Shown: positions 8,795 through 17,817 of the stretch, in pieces | Numbering within the stretch: the stretch's first letter is position 1 | How the letters are laid out: each line of letters starts with the position of its first letter | DNA from: Copranaerobaculum intestinale | GTDB lineage: Bacteria; Bacillota_I; Bacilli_A; Erysipelotrichales; Erysipelotrichaceae | NCBI RefSeq assembly: GCF_009831105.1 | Contig: NZ_WUUQ01000001.1 | Location: forward strand, 810,001 to 842,000 | Reading direction: 5' to 3' | DNA length: 32,000 bases | Program-made: the position numbers and the translations under genes | The notes under the pieces: generated by a model | The model's input: only the letters and a program-made list of their open reading frames with translations | Told to the model about the DNA's origin: nothing | Databases searched by the model: none

Positions 8795-11389
8795 ATGAAT
8801 TGGTATCAGATGGATGAAGAGCAGATCCTTGAGGAACTGAAAACAAGTCGCTGCGGTTTAAATGAGCATGAAGTAAAAATACGGCAGGAACAGTATGGCT
8901 CAAACACCTTGAAAGAAGGGAAAGTGAAAAGTCCGCTGATGATTTTTTTGTCACAGTTTAAAGACCTTTTGGTCATTATTCTGATTGTGGCTGCATTTGT
9001 ATCTTTTATCAGCGGCGAAAAAGAGAGTACGATCGTAATTCTGGCAGTTATTACTATGAATGCAGTCTTGGGAACGATTCAGGAAATCAAAGCCCAGAAA
9101 TCGCTGGATTCTTTGAAACAGCTATCGTTACCAAAGGCAAGAGTTCTTCGTGACAATCAAAAAGTAGAAATAGACAGCCGGGGAATAACAGTCGGTGATA
9201 TACTGCTGGTGGAAGCGGGAGATGTTGTAGGTGCTGACGGTCGGATCATAGACAGCTTTTCACTGCAAATTAATGAGAGCTCTTTGACTGGCGAAGCGCT
9301 GAGTGTTGATAAAATGAGTGCTTCTATCAATGAGGAATGCGCTTTAGGTGATCAGAAAAACATGGCGTTTTCAAGTGGTTTGGTAACATATGGACGCGGC
9401 AGTATTTTGGTAACGGAAATCGGCATGAATACACAGATCGGTAAAATTGCCCGGATGCTGGATGAAACAAAAGAGCGGAAATCACCGCTACAGCGGAATC
9501 TGGATGACTTTTCCAAGAAACTGTCAGTTATGATTCTGGTTATCTGTCTTGCGGTATTCGGTTTAAGTATTATGCAGGGAACACAGCTTCTGGATGCTTT
9601 GATGTTTGCGGTGGCGCTGGCAGTTGCGGCGATTCCCGAAGCACTGGCATCTATCGTAACCATCGTTTTGGCAATCGGTACGCAGCGGATGGCAAAGGAA
9701 CATGCCATTATGAAACAGATTTCAGCGGTAGAATCACTGGGCAGTGTTTCGGTAATCTGTTCAGACAAAACCGGTACTCTGACCCAAAACAAAATGACAG
9801 TTATGCAGGTGTATTTTGATGAATCGCTTCATGAGCCGCTGGAATTGGATGAAAATCGTCCGCTGGATCGTATGATCATGTTAGGATTTGTATTGTGTAA
9901 TGATGCACAGATCAGCGGCGGTCAAAAGCTGGGTGATCCTACTGAAATTGCCTTTCTTGATTTACTGGCAAAATATAAAATCGGGGAGCTGTCAACACGT
10001 GATAAGTATCCGCGCATTGCGGAGAACCCGTTTGACTCAGAACGAAAGCTCATGAGTACCCTACATCGTATTGATGAGAAAAATATGATTTTATGCAAAG
10101 GTGCACCGGATGAATTGATTATGCGCTGCACCAGCATTCAGCGCGAAGATGGGATTCATCCAATTACCGAAGCGGATAAAGAAAGTATATTGAATCAAAA
10201 TCATGCTTTCGCAAAGGCTGGTTTCCGGGTGCTTGGGTTTGCCTGCCGCTTATTTGACAAGGATGACTTGGAGTTGAAGGATGAACAGGAATTTACGTTT
10301 TTGGGACTGGCTTCGCTGATGGATCCGCCGCGTGAAGAAAGTACGCAGGCTGTTGCAGATTGTTTCCGTGCCGGAATCAAACCAATCATGATTACCGGAG
10401 ATCACAAAATTACCGCGGTGAGCATCGCCCGTCAGATCGGTATCTATCACGATGGTGATCTATGCTTCAGCGGAGAGGAAATAACCAAAATGAGTGATGC
10501 AGAGCTTTCTGAAAAGCTTCCTCAAATATCCGTGTATGCACGGGTTGCGCCGGAGCACAAAATCCGGATCGTTGATGCCTGGCAGTCCCGCGGCAATATC
10601 GTAGCAATGACTGGTGACGGTGTTAATGATGCCCCAGCCTTAAAGCAGGCCGACATCGGCATTGCGATGGGAATTACCGGTACCCAGGTTTCCAAGGACG
10701 CAGCGAAGATGATTCTGACCGATGACAACTTTGCTACTATTATCAAGGCGGTTGCCACTGGACGTACGATTTTTACCAATATCCGAAATGCGATTTTGTA
10801 TTTGCTGAGCGGTAATTTATCCGGTATTATCTGTGTCTTGGCAGCTTCTCTGTTGATGCTGAAGGTTCCCTTCTTCCCGGTTCATCTTTTGTTTATTAAT
10901 CTGATTACCGATTCGCTTCCGGCGATTGCAATCGGTATGGAGAAAGTAAAACACGATATTCTGAGCGATGCTCCGCGCGATATGAAAGAGGGAATTTTAA
11001 ATGGCCCAATGATGCGTCAGATCGGTTTTGAAGGAATCGTAATTGCGGCGGCTACGATGACAGCTTATTTCATCGGATTGAAAACCTCGTATCCGGCTGG
11101 CGCAACAATGGCATTTGCGACTCTGTGTCTGGCCCGTCTGCTTCATGGCTTTAACTGCCGCAGCCGCGAAAGCTTAAAACGTATTGGCTTTTTCTCTAAT
11201 CCATACAGTATTTTGGCGTTCTTGGTAGGTTTTGCATTCTTGAACATCATCCTGTTAGTACCATCTCTTCACAGCTGGTTCTCAGTTACAACCATCTCTA
11301 TGGAACAGCTGTTTATGATTTATGGCTTGGCTTTGCTGCCGACTATTTTGATTCAGATTGTGAAGATGCTTCAGGATCCAAAAGGATAA
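8795..11389 (+). CDS. P-type cation-transporting ATPase (type II, Ca2+/Mn2+-like)
   Basis: 864 aa with CSDKTGTLTQNKM, the TGE motif, TGDGVNDAPAL and multiple TM helices. Confidence 0.92.
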   Translation: MNWYQMDEEQILEELKTSRCGLNEHEVKIRQEQYGSNTLKEGKVKSPLMIFLSQFKDLLVIILIVAAFVSFISGEKESTIVILAVITMNAVLGTIQEIKAQKSLDSLKQLSLPKARVLRDNQKVEIDSRGITVGDILLVEAGDVVGADGRIIDSFSLQINESSLTGEALSVDKMSASINEECALGDQKNMAFSSGLVTYGRGSILVTEIGMNTQIGKIARMLDETKERKSPLQRNLDDFSKKLSVMILVICLAVFGLSIMQGTQLLDALMFAVALAVAAIPEALASIVTIVLAIGTQRMAKEHAIMKQISAVESLGSVSVICSDKTGTLTQNKMTVMQVYFDESLHEPLELDENRPLDRMIMLGFVLCNDAQISGGQKLGDPTEIAFLDLLAKYKIGELSTRDKYPRIAENPFDSERKLMSTLHRIDEKNMILCKGAPDELIMRCTSIQREDGIHPITEADKESILNQNHAFAKAGFRVLGFACRLFDKDDLELKDEQEFTFLGLASLMDPPREESTQAVADCFRAGIKPIMITGDHKITAVSIARQIGIYHDGDLCFSGEEITKMSDAELSEKLPQISVYARVAPEHKIRIVDAWQSRGNIVAMTGDGVNDAPALKQADIGIAMGITGTQVSKDAAKMILTDDNFATIIKAVATGRTIFTNIRNAILYLLSGNLSGIICVLAASLLMLKVPFFPVHLLFINLITDSLPAIAIGMEKVKHDILSDAPRDMKEGILNGPMMRQIGFEGIVIAAATMTAYFIGLKTSYPAGATMAFATLCLARLLHGFNCRSRESLKRIGFFSNPYSILAFLVGFAFLNIILLVPSLHSWFSVTTISMEQLFMIYGLALLPTILIQIVKMLQDPKG

Positions 11390-11390
11390 C

Positions 11391-11425
11391 AAAAAAGTGG
11401 GGTATGTAATTATCCCACTTTTTTT
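11391..11425. terminator. Bidirectional terminator between convergent ATPase and MATE genes
   Basis: A6-GTGGGGTA-loop-TATCCCAC-T7. Confidence 0.75.
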
Positions 11426-11427
11426 AT

Positions 11428-12807
11428 TTAGGTTGATGAAGATACGGTTAAATCATGTATCCAAGTAAGCTTATGAAGATGTGGCAAAGCGACAGCGAGC
11501 TTGGTGATTTCCTCAGCGGATATGATTAGGGCAACCATTTCTACCGACAAATGCAGGTAGACCGCACCGATGAAAGCCAAGGGTACGCCGATCAGCCACA
11601 TCGTCATAGCTTCCAGCTTCAGTGCGTAACCGGCGTCTCCGCCGCCGCGGAACACACCGACGATCAGAATCACTGTCGTGACCCGTACCGGAGCCATAAA
11701 GCAGAAGATTCTTAAAATGGCGATTGCACTGATGCGTACATCCTCTGATACATTGAACAATGTCAGAATTGTCGGTGCTGCAAAGATGACGACGATGCCG
11801 AGAATGACTCCCAAAAGCAAGGCAAGGATCGTAAATTTATAGGCATAGGTTATGGTATTTTCACGGTTTTTAGCACCAATCTGATTGCCGATCATTACTA
11901 GCGCCGCACTGGACATTGAGAAACAAAGAACCATGAAGAGATTTTGTATGGTGTTGGTGATCTGGGTTGCAGCAATGGCCTTAGTGCCAATTTGCCCATA
12001 TGCGATTGTATAGAAGACCGTCCCAATGCCCCAGCAGCCCTCATTAAGAATGACGGGAAGCGAATTGGCCTGTATTTTACGAAAAAATGCTGTGGTGAAA
12101 TGGAAATAATCGTGATAGCCACCGGCCAGTACTGAATTTTTCTTAAGTGAAAATATAAGTAATAATGTACATTCCAATAATCGTGCAATCAGAGTTGCGA
12201 TCGCCGCTCCTTCAACCCCCAGCTTAGGAAACGGACCGATTCCGAAAATCAACAGCCAGTTGAAGAATGCATTCGTTAAAATGGCTAGAAAAGATATGAT
12301 CATCGGCAGATTGGCATTGCCTACGCTTCGTTGGGAAGCGGCGAAGATTACCGATACTGCTGTAAAAAGGTAACTGAGACAAACGATATGCAGATAATCA
12401 ATACTGAGCTGAAGCACAATTGGATCACTGGTAAAAAGCGCCAGAATCGGTTTTGGAGCGAGCAAAGCAACACCGGTAAACAGAAGCGAAATCACAAAGC
12501 CGCTCAAAAGGCCGACGCCCAGCGTTTTGTGAATATCCGTGATATCTTTGGCACCCCAATACTGAGAGATGAACATACTGCATCCGGCGCCGACTCCGCC
12601 GATCAGCAGATTGTAGAGAAAGAACACTTGATTGGCAATGCCCACGGCTGCTATTTCATTTTCACCGATACTGCCGATCATCAAGGTATCGATCATATTC
12701 AAAGAAGATACCAGCAGGTTCTGAATCATGATCGGAATCGCCAGAAAGATCATCGTCCTATAGAACGTGCGATCCTTGAATAAATTCTTGCATTGTTCTT
12801 TAAACAT
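11428..12807 (-). CDS. MATE family efflux transporter
   Basis: 459 aa with 12 TM helices. The N-terminal FYRTMIFLAIPIMIQNLLVSSLNMIDTLMIG is typical of MATE/NorM-like proteins. Confidence 0.9.
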   Translation of the reverse strand: MFKEQCKNLFKDRTFYRTMIFLAIPIMIQNLLVSSLNMIDTLMIGSIGENEIAAVGIANQVFFLYNLLIGGVGAGCSMFISQYWGAKDITDIHKTLGVGLLSGFVISLLFTGVALLAPKPILALFTSDPIVLQLSIDYLHIVCLSYLFTAVSVIFAASQRSVGNANLPMIISFLAILTNAFFNWLLIFGIGPFPKLGVEGAAIATLIARLLECTLLLIFSLKKNSVLAGGYHDYFHFTTAFFRKIQANSLPVILNEGCWGIGTVFYTIAYGQIGTKAIAATQITNTIQNLFMVLCFSMSSAALVMIGNQIGAKNRENTITYAYKFTILALLLGVILGIVVIFAAPTILTLFNVSEDVRISAIAILRIFCFMAPVRVTTVILIVGVFRGGGDAGYALKLEAMTMWLIGVPLAFIGAVYLHLSVEMVALIISAEEITKLAVALPHLHKLTWIHDLTVSSST

Positions 12808-12821
12808 AAGACACCTCCTTA

Positions 12822-12855
12822 TAAAAAAGCCACTTTGAGTTTTTTACAAAGTGGT
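12822..12855 (-). terminator. Terminator-like hairpin in the 5' leader of the MATE gene
   Basis: On the minus strand: CCACTTTG-loop-CAAAGTGG followed by CTTTTTT, immediately before the AAGGAGG ribosome-binding site. Confidence 0.45.
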
Positions 12856-12879
12856 TTTCTTCACTGTTTAATCCAGATT

Positions 12880-12909
12880 ATTCTATTTCATTTGTATCGA
12901 TGATGTCAA
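12880..12909 (-). promoter_or_regulatory. Putative promoter of the MATE gene
   Basis: On the minus strand: TTGACA, 18-nt spacer, TAGAAT. Confidence 0.45.
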
Positions 12910-12989
12910 TGATTTCTGCTTAAAAAATTAGTTTTTCTTTGATTCACAGAACTTTCATGATATATTAATGACATTCGAGGTGGTATGTT

Positions 12990-14306
12990 ATGAAGATTGG
13001 TTTTGTTTCACTGGGATGTTGTAAAAACCTGGTAGACAGTGAGAAAATGATGGGTATGCTGAATAATGGCAGACATGAAATCGTTCATGATGCGAAAACG
13101 GCTGAAATGATTATTATCAATACCTGCGGTTTTATCAATTCCGCAAAGGAAGAGGCCATTTCCACCATATTGGAAATGGCTCGCTATAAGCAGGAGGGCA
13201 ACTGTAAAAAATTAGTTGTCACGGGATGTCTGGCTCAGCGCTACAAAGCAGACCTGGAAAAGGAAATGCCGGAAGTAGATGCGTTTATCAGCATTGCTGA
13301 ATATCCCCGCTTGCATGAAATTATCGGCAGTATGATCGAAGATGATCAGCTTCAGGTATTTGGAAAATGTGAACGGCTGTTGTCATCCAAGCCATGGACA
13401 GCTTATCTGAAAATTGCCGAAGGATGTTCTAATCACTGTACATATTGCGCAATTCCGCTGATCCGCGGTGATAATGTGTCGGTGCCCTTGGAGCAATTGG
13501 TTGAGGAGGCAAAGCGTTTGGCTGCGCGAGGTGTAAAAGAATTGGTTCTCATCGCCCAGGATACGACAAAATATGGGGTTGATCGGTATGGCAAGCGCTC
13601 CTTAATTGATCTATTAAAAGCTGTGCATGAGATTGAGGGCTTTCATTGGATCCGCATTTTATACATGTATCCTGATGAAATTGATGAAGAGCTGCTGATG
13701 GGCATGACAAAGCTGCCGAAGGTAGTTCCGTACTTTGATATTCCGATGCAGCACGGGGACGATCATATGCTGCGGCTGATGAACCGTCGCGGCAGTGTTG
13801 CTGAGGTAAAGGCTTTGGTTGAAAGAATCCGTGAGCTGTTTGCTTTTCCGACGCTTAGAACAACATATATCGTAGGTTTTCCGCAGGAAAGTGAAGATGC
13901 ATTTGAAAATATGATTGATTTTACCAAAGCAATTTGCTGGGATCGAATGGGCGCCTTTACCTATTCACCGGAGGAAGATACTCCTGCTTATACGATGGAG
14001 GGTGCCATTCCGGAAGAAGTAAAGGAGCAGCGGCTGGCGCAGCTCATGGAGCTTCAGGAGAGGATATCCTATGATCAGTCCCAGCGTTGGGTAGGGCAGG
14101 TTTTAGAGGTGCTTGTAGAATCACAGGAAGGACTTACCGGAAGATATCGGGGACGGGCAGCGAACAGTGCGCCGGATGGAGTTGACGGAATGATCACCTT
14201 TACCAGTGAACGTGAAATACCTTTTGGTACCTTTGTTGAGGTTTTGGTAACCAATGCTTTGCCGCATGATTTGCAGGGAGTTGAGAAAGTTGCTGAAAGG
14301 GTTTGA
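12990..14306 (+). CDS. rimO: Ribosomal protein S12 methylthiotransferase
   Basis: N-terminal VSLGCCKNLVDSE, radical-SAM motif CSNHCTYC and a C-terminal TRAM-like domain; 438 aa. Confidence 0.9.
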   Translation: MKIGFVSLGCCKNLVDSEKMMGMLNNGRHEIVHDAKTAEMIIINTCGFINSAKEEAISTILEMARYKQEGNCKKLVVTGCLAQRYKADLEKEMPEVDAFISIAEYPRLHEIIGSMIEDDQLQVFGKCERLLSSKPWTAYLKIAEGCSNHCTYCAIPLIRGDNVSVPLEQLVEEAKRLAARGVKELVLIAQDTTKYGVDRYGKRSLIDLLKAVHEIEGFHWIRILYMYPDEIDEELLMGMTKLPKVVPYFDIPMQHGDDHMLRLMNRRGSVAEVKALVERIRELFAFPTLRTTYIVGFPQESEDAFENMIDFTKAICWDRMGAFTYSPEEDTPAYTMEGAIPEEVKEQRLAQLMELQERISYDQSQRWVGQVLEVLVESQEGLTGRYRGRAANSAPDGVDGMITFTSEREIPFGTFVEVLVTNALPHDLQGVEKVAERV

Positions 14307-14769
14307 TCCGATTATCGGTTTACAGCCAACCGTTTTGATACTTGGCTCGATGCCCAGCGTTACGTCCCTTGAAAAACAGGAGTACTATGGCTTTGCTCAT
14401 AATCGCTTTTGGAAAATCATGGCGAAGCATTATGGAACAACGCTTGACTGTTATGATCAGAAAATACAGTTAATTTGTGATCATCATATGATTTTGTGGG
14501 ATGTGATCGGAGAATGTGAACGAGAGGGCTCGCTCGACAGTGCGATCCGTAATGAATCAATCAATGATATTGAAGGTTTATTATATACCTATCCGACTGT
14601 ACAGAAAATTATCTGTAATGGACGTAAAAGTCATGATCTGCTGATGCGCCATTTTCCAAGTCTAGTACAACAGCTGGAAGTAATTTATCTGCCCTCCACC
14701 AGCAATGCCAATCGAAGTCTTAAAGAAGAAATGCTGTTTGAAGCATGGGAACAAGAATTACCCCTTTAA
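14266..14769 (+). CDS. DNA-deoxyinosine (hypoxanthine) glycosylase, UDG superfamily
   Basis: KGFDPIIG...LILGSMPSVTSLEKQEYYGFAHNRFWKIM matches this family. The start is uncertain: ATG 14254, ATG 14266, or TTG 14290 with AGGGAG upstream. The gene overlaps the rimO 3' end. Confidence 0.72.
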   Translation: MICRELRKLLKGFDPIIGLQPTVLILGSMPSVTSLEKQEYYGFAHNRFWKIMAKHYGTTLDCYDQKIQLICDHHMILWDVIGECEREGSLDSAIRNESINDIEGLLYTYPTVQKIICNGRKSHDLLMRHFPSLVQQLEVIYLPSTSNANRSLKEEMLFEAWEQELPL

Positions 14770-14902
14770 AGAGAATAAGCAGTTTTTTGAAGAATTTCAT
14801 GAAATTTGAAATTCAATCAGAATTCTGCTTTTTTATATTTTGCAGGCAAGGGTAAAGACCAAGTACTCTGATGCACCATACAGTAGAACAGGAGGTGCTG
14901 TT

Positions 14903-14995
14903 ATGTTTGTATGTATTCTTGTGATTGGTATATCAATATATGGAATATGTCTGTATCGCTATCATCATTCGCATAATTCCTGTCATCGTAAGTGA
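14903..14995 (+). CDS. Small hydrophobic peptide (30 aa)
   Basis: MFVCILVIGISIYGICLYRYHHSHNSCHRK. GGAGGT lies 6 nt upstream of the ATG. A 9-bp hairpin plus T-run (15001-15035) follows directly after the stop. Confidence 0.35.
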   Translation: MFVCILVIGISIYGICLYRYHHSHNSCHRK

Positions 14996-15127
14996 ATGGG
15001 AAATGTGGACTATCGGTTTCGGTAATCCACATTTTATATGATAAAGAGTTTAATCAACAAAATCTCATCTTATAAAAAGTCAAAGAATATAGACAGCTGA
15101 TAAGCTATACATACTTTCATGCACAGC

Positions 15128-15150
15128 AAAAAAACTGCACAAAGGCAGTT
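15128..15150 (-). terminator. Terminator of the D-LDH gene
   Basis: On the minus strand: AACTGC-loop-GCAGTT followed by T7. Confidence 0.6.
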
Positions 15151-15153
15151 ACA

Positions 15154-16143
15154 TTAAATTAATTCGTTTTGAGAAGAGCCGCTTTTTTCAATTTCCGCAA
15201 TATTGGATAAAGAAATCTGAACCATGTTCTTCACTGCTTCATCCGTATAGAAAGCGATATGCGGTGTAACAATGATATTATTGTGATTGATCAATTCTTT
15301 CAGCAGCTGGTCTTCCAGATCATCACCCGCATTGTTTTTCAAATATAAACCATTTTCATATTCGTAAACATCCAGTGCGGCTTTGGCTATCTTATGTGAT
15401 TTTACTGCATCCAGTACATCCTGGGCATCAATCAGAGCACCGCGTGAGGTATTGATTAAGATGACTCCATCTTTCATTTTTGATATTGCTTCTTTATCAA
15501 TGAGATGATAATTATCTTTGGTAAGCGGACAGTGAATGGATATAATGTCGCTTCGTTTCAGCAGCTCATCGAAAGCTACATAGTCTGCAATCTCCTTGAC
15601 CTTATCATTTGGATACAGATCATAGGCGAGGATTGAGTCTGTAAACCCGCGAAAATTGCGGATTGTTTCATATCCAATGCGTCCGGTACCGATGATACCG
15701 ATTGTCATATCCTTTACCTCACGTCCGATGAGTCCTTTGATTGCAAAATTGTAATTGTGCATGCGGCGAATTGTCAGCGGCAGGTTGCGCACACAAGCCA
15801 GAGCCAGCGTAACCGCATATTCACTCACTGCGTTAGGTGAGTAAGCAGGCACATTGCAGGCCCTGATTCCTAATCGCTGAGCTGCATCCAAATCGACTTT
15901 ATCATAACCGGCACAACGAGTTGTCAGAATTTTAATACCAAGTTCATGAATAATTTCCAGCGCTCTTTCATCAGCAATACAGTTACCCTGAATGATGACT
16001 GCATCATGTCCTTTGGCTAAATATGCACTTTCGGATGAGAAGGGATCGATCGTGCATCGTACATCCAAATCATATACGTCAGCGTACTCGTGGAAAAAGG
16101 CTACTTCGTCTTCACGTACGTTATAAGCTAAAACTTTCAACAT
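15154..16143 (-). CDS. ldhD: D-lactate dehydrogenase (D-isomer-specific 2-hydroxyacid dehydrogenase)
   Basis: VPAYSPNAVSEYAV, GTGRIG, LDVYEYE and PHIAFYTDEAVKNMV match the D-LDH pattern. Confidence 0.85.
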   Translation of the reverse strand: MLKVLAYNVREDEVAFFHEYADVYDLDVRCTIDPFSSESAYLAKGHDAVIIQGNCIADERALEIIHELGIKILTTRCAGYDKVDLDAAQRLGIRACNVPAYSPNAVSEYAVTLALACVRNLPLTIRRMHNYNFAIKGLIGREVKDMTIGIIGTGRIGYETIRNFRGFTDSILAYDLYPNDKVKEIADYVAFDELLKRSDIISIHCPLTKDNYHLIDKEAISKMKDGVILINTSRGALIDAQDVLDAVKSHKIAKAALDVYEYENGLYLKNNAGDDLEDQLLKELINHNNIIVTPHIAFYTDEAVKNMVQISLSNIAEIEKSGSSQNELI

Positions 16144-16176
16144 AATAAATTCCTCCTAATACATTATAATAGTATC

Positions 16177-16223
16177 AAAAATAAAAACAAATGTATACAT
16201 TTGTGCATAAAATGTATACATTT
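16177..16223 (-). terminator. Terminator formed by two copies of the palindrome AAATGTATACATTT
   Basis: Copies at 16189-16202 and 16210-16223 can pair as a 14-bp stem with a 7-nt loop. On the minus strand the stem is followed by GTTTTTATTTTT. Confidence 0.6.
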
Positions 16224-17304
16224 AATAGAAATAGAGAATTGCATGTAATTCAGGTATCATATAGAAATTTATATTTTTCAAAGCGATGCCGTTAGTTTCC
16301 AGAATAGAAAAGAGCCGATACTGATCGGTCAGCTGCTGATGCACGCTCTGCATGGTTTCTGCCGTATCAAATTTCATGAGCAAACTGCGATTGCCGGCTC
16401 GCACACTGTCTTTCACAAGCTGCTTTACTTGTTCCTCATCATAGGAAGTAAAATAGCAGTTGTTTTTCATATAATAGGTATCCGCAGTAGCGTTTGATAT
16501 TTCATGAGGAGCCATCTCATTGTAAAGCTTCGCAATCTCATTAGAGGTCATACCGAAGTATATATAACGATAGTCAGATACATTCTGACCGTTATCACTG
16601 TCGGCATATGTGGTATCTAAATAATAATATTCATCATCCATCTTCACCATATTCCATGCATGGCTGACATTATTTTCTGTAGCTTTACCGGTTATGAATG
16701 CACAATCGATATCCAGCATTGCCAGCAGATACTGCACCGCTTTGGCATAGCCGGCACAAACCGATGTTTTATTAATCAGGGAGCTGATGATATTCTGTGA
16801 ATTTGGGGCATCATCCACATATTCTGTTTGATTGATGATGAAGTCATAGATGTATTTTACTTTCTCATAGTCATCGGCATTTTTATCTATTCCCTGAATG
16901 ATTTGTTTGGAAATAGATTTCAGCTGCCGGTTAAAATCTTTGATTTCTGACTGATCAAATGCATAAACTGGATAGAAGATCATATTTGATTTCTTTTCTT
17001 TGTCTCGCTGGTAGCGGAATTCAGAAGTCCAGAAAATTTCCGGGTGATCGGCTAATACACTGTCAAAGATCTTAATGATTTCAGCTTCCGAAGCAGCATG
17101 AATGGATGCTTTTTCTTTATGATCCATCAGGGTATTAAATATCTGGTCATAATCTTTTTTTTGTTTTTTGTCCAGATGGGTACGGGCATACATGAAATGG
17201 GAATCCTGTTCAATTGGTGCAGTCTTTGCATTAGGAAGAATGCGACCGCAGCCGCTCAGCAGCAATGAACTAGCCATTACAATCAGCAATAATCGTTTCC
17301 GCAT
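16222..17304 (-). CDS. Lipoprotein with transglutaminase-like (cysteine-protease fold) domain
   Basis: Lipobox LLLSGC. A Cys...His...Asp arrangement is present (SVCAGYAKA ... SHAWNMV ... YLDTTY). Confidence 0.75.
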   Translation of the reverse strand: MRKRLLLIVMASSLLLSGCGRILPNAKTAPIEQDSHFMYARTHLDKKQKKDYDQIFNTLMDHKEKASIHAASEAEIIKIFDSVLADHPEIFWTSEFRYQRDKEKKSNMIFYPVYAFDQSEIKDFNRQLKSISKQIIQGIDKNADDYEKVKYIYDFIINQTEYVDDAPNSQNIISSLINKTSVCAGYAKAVQYLLAMLDIDCAFITGKATENNVSHAWNMVKMDDEYYYLDTTYADSDNGQNVSDYRYIYFGMTSNEIAKLYNEMAPHEISNATADTYYMKNNCYFTSYDEEQVKQLVKDSVRAGNRSLLMKFDTAETMQSVHQQLTDQYRLFSILETNGIALKNINFYMIPELHAILYFY

Positions 17305-17397
17305 ATCGATCTCCTTTTCTATATTTTATCAGATATTTGGAAATATCTATACTAGTTTATTATTGGTGGTGATCTTTCATGTATGCAGCTATATAAT

Positions 17398-17424
17398 AAA
17401 AAAAGTCCTTCAAACGAAAGACTC
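17398..17424 (-). terminator. Terminator downstream of tRNA-Ser
   Basis: On the minus strand: AGTCTTT-loop-AAGGACT (one G-U pair) followed by T7. Confidence 0.5.
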
Positions 17425-17434
17425 AATTTTTATA

Positions 17435-17522
17435 TGGCGGAGAGTATGAGATTCGAACTCATGGTAGCTTTCACTACACAGCCTTTCCAAGACTGCACCT
17501 TAAACCACTCGGACAACTCTCC
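17435..17522 (-). tRNA. tRNA-Ser(GGA): tRNA-Ser (anticodon GGA), long variable arm, CCA encoded
   Basis: The reverse complement GGAGAGTTGTCCGAGTGGTTTAAGGTGCAGTCTTGGAAAGGCTGT...GAGTTCGAATCTCATACTCTCCGCCA folds as a class II tRNA. Confidence 0.92.
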
Positions 17523-17619
17523 ATAGCAGTACTCTATAATTTTAACGAAAATTAGAAATTTGTCAAACACTTATTGCATTCTTTTTTCAATTATGCTAAT
17601 ATATCACTTGCCGATAGAT

Positions 17620-17695
17620 GACTCCTTAGCTCAGCTGGCAGAGCAACTGACTCTTAATCAGTGGGTCCAGGGTTCGATTCCCTGAGGGGTCACCA
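17620..17695 (+). tRNA. tRNA-Lys(CUU): tRNA-Lys (anticodon CUU), CCA encoded
   Basis: GACTCCTTAGCTCAGCTGGCAGAGCAACTGACTCTTAATCAGTGGGTCCAGGGTTCGATTCCCTGAGGGGTCACCA with anticodon loop CTCTTAA. Confidence 0.93.
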
Positions 17696-17706
17696 TGTAA
17701 AAAGAT

Positions 17707-17745
17707 ACGGAAATCCTTTGTTTAATAGGGTTTCCGTTATTTTTA
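17707..17745 (+). terminator. Terminator downstream of tRNA-Lys
   Basis: ACGGAAATCC...GGGTTTCCGT stem followed by a T-rich run. Confidence 0.7.
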
Positions 17746-17817
17746 TGTATTCATAAATGATAATGTAAATTTTCCTATATCCGCCACATTTACCCTCGTT
17801 TTTCCACGCTCTTGGGT

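Noticed and set aside
9352-10779. Several minus-strand track ORFs inside the P-type ATPase gene (9352-9792, 9922-10137, 10201-10450, 10522-10779).
   Set aside because: They are antisense shadows of a well-supported 864-aa gene, with no ribosome-binding sites and no recognisable domains.
16189-16223. The two AAATGTATACATTT palindromes as operator sites (e.g. Rex) for the D-LDH gene.
   Set aside because: The sequence does not match the Rex consensus (TTGTGAA-N6-TTCACAA type). The two copies pair into a hairpin followed by a T-run on the minus strand, right at the stop of the upstream gene. A terminator is the simpler reading.
17168-17449. Track ORF 17168-17449(+), 93 aa.
   Set aside because: It is antisense to the 5' end of the lipoprotein gene and runs into tRNA-Ser and its terminator. 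Spurious.
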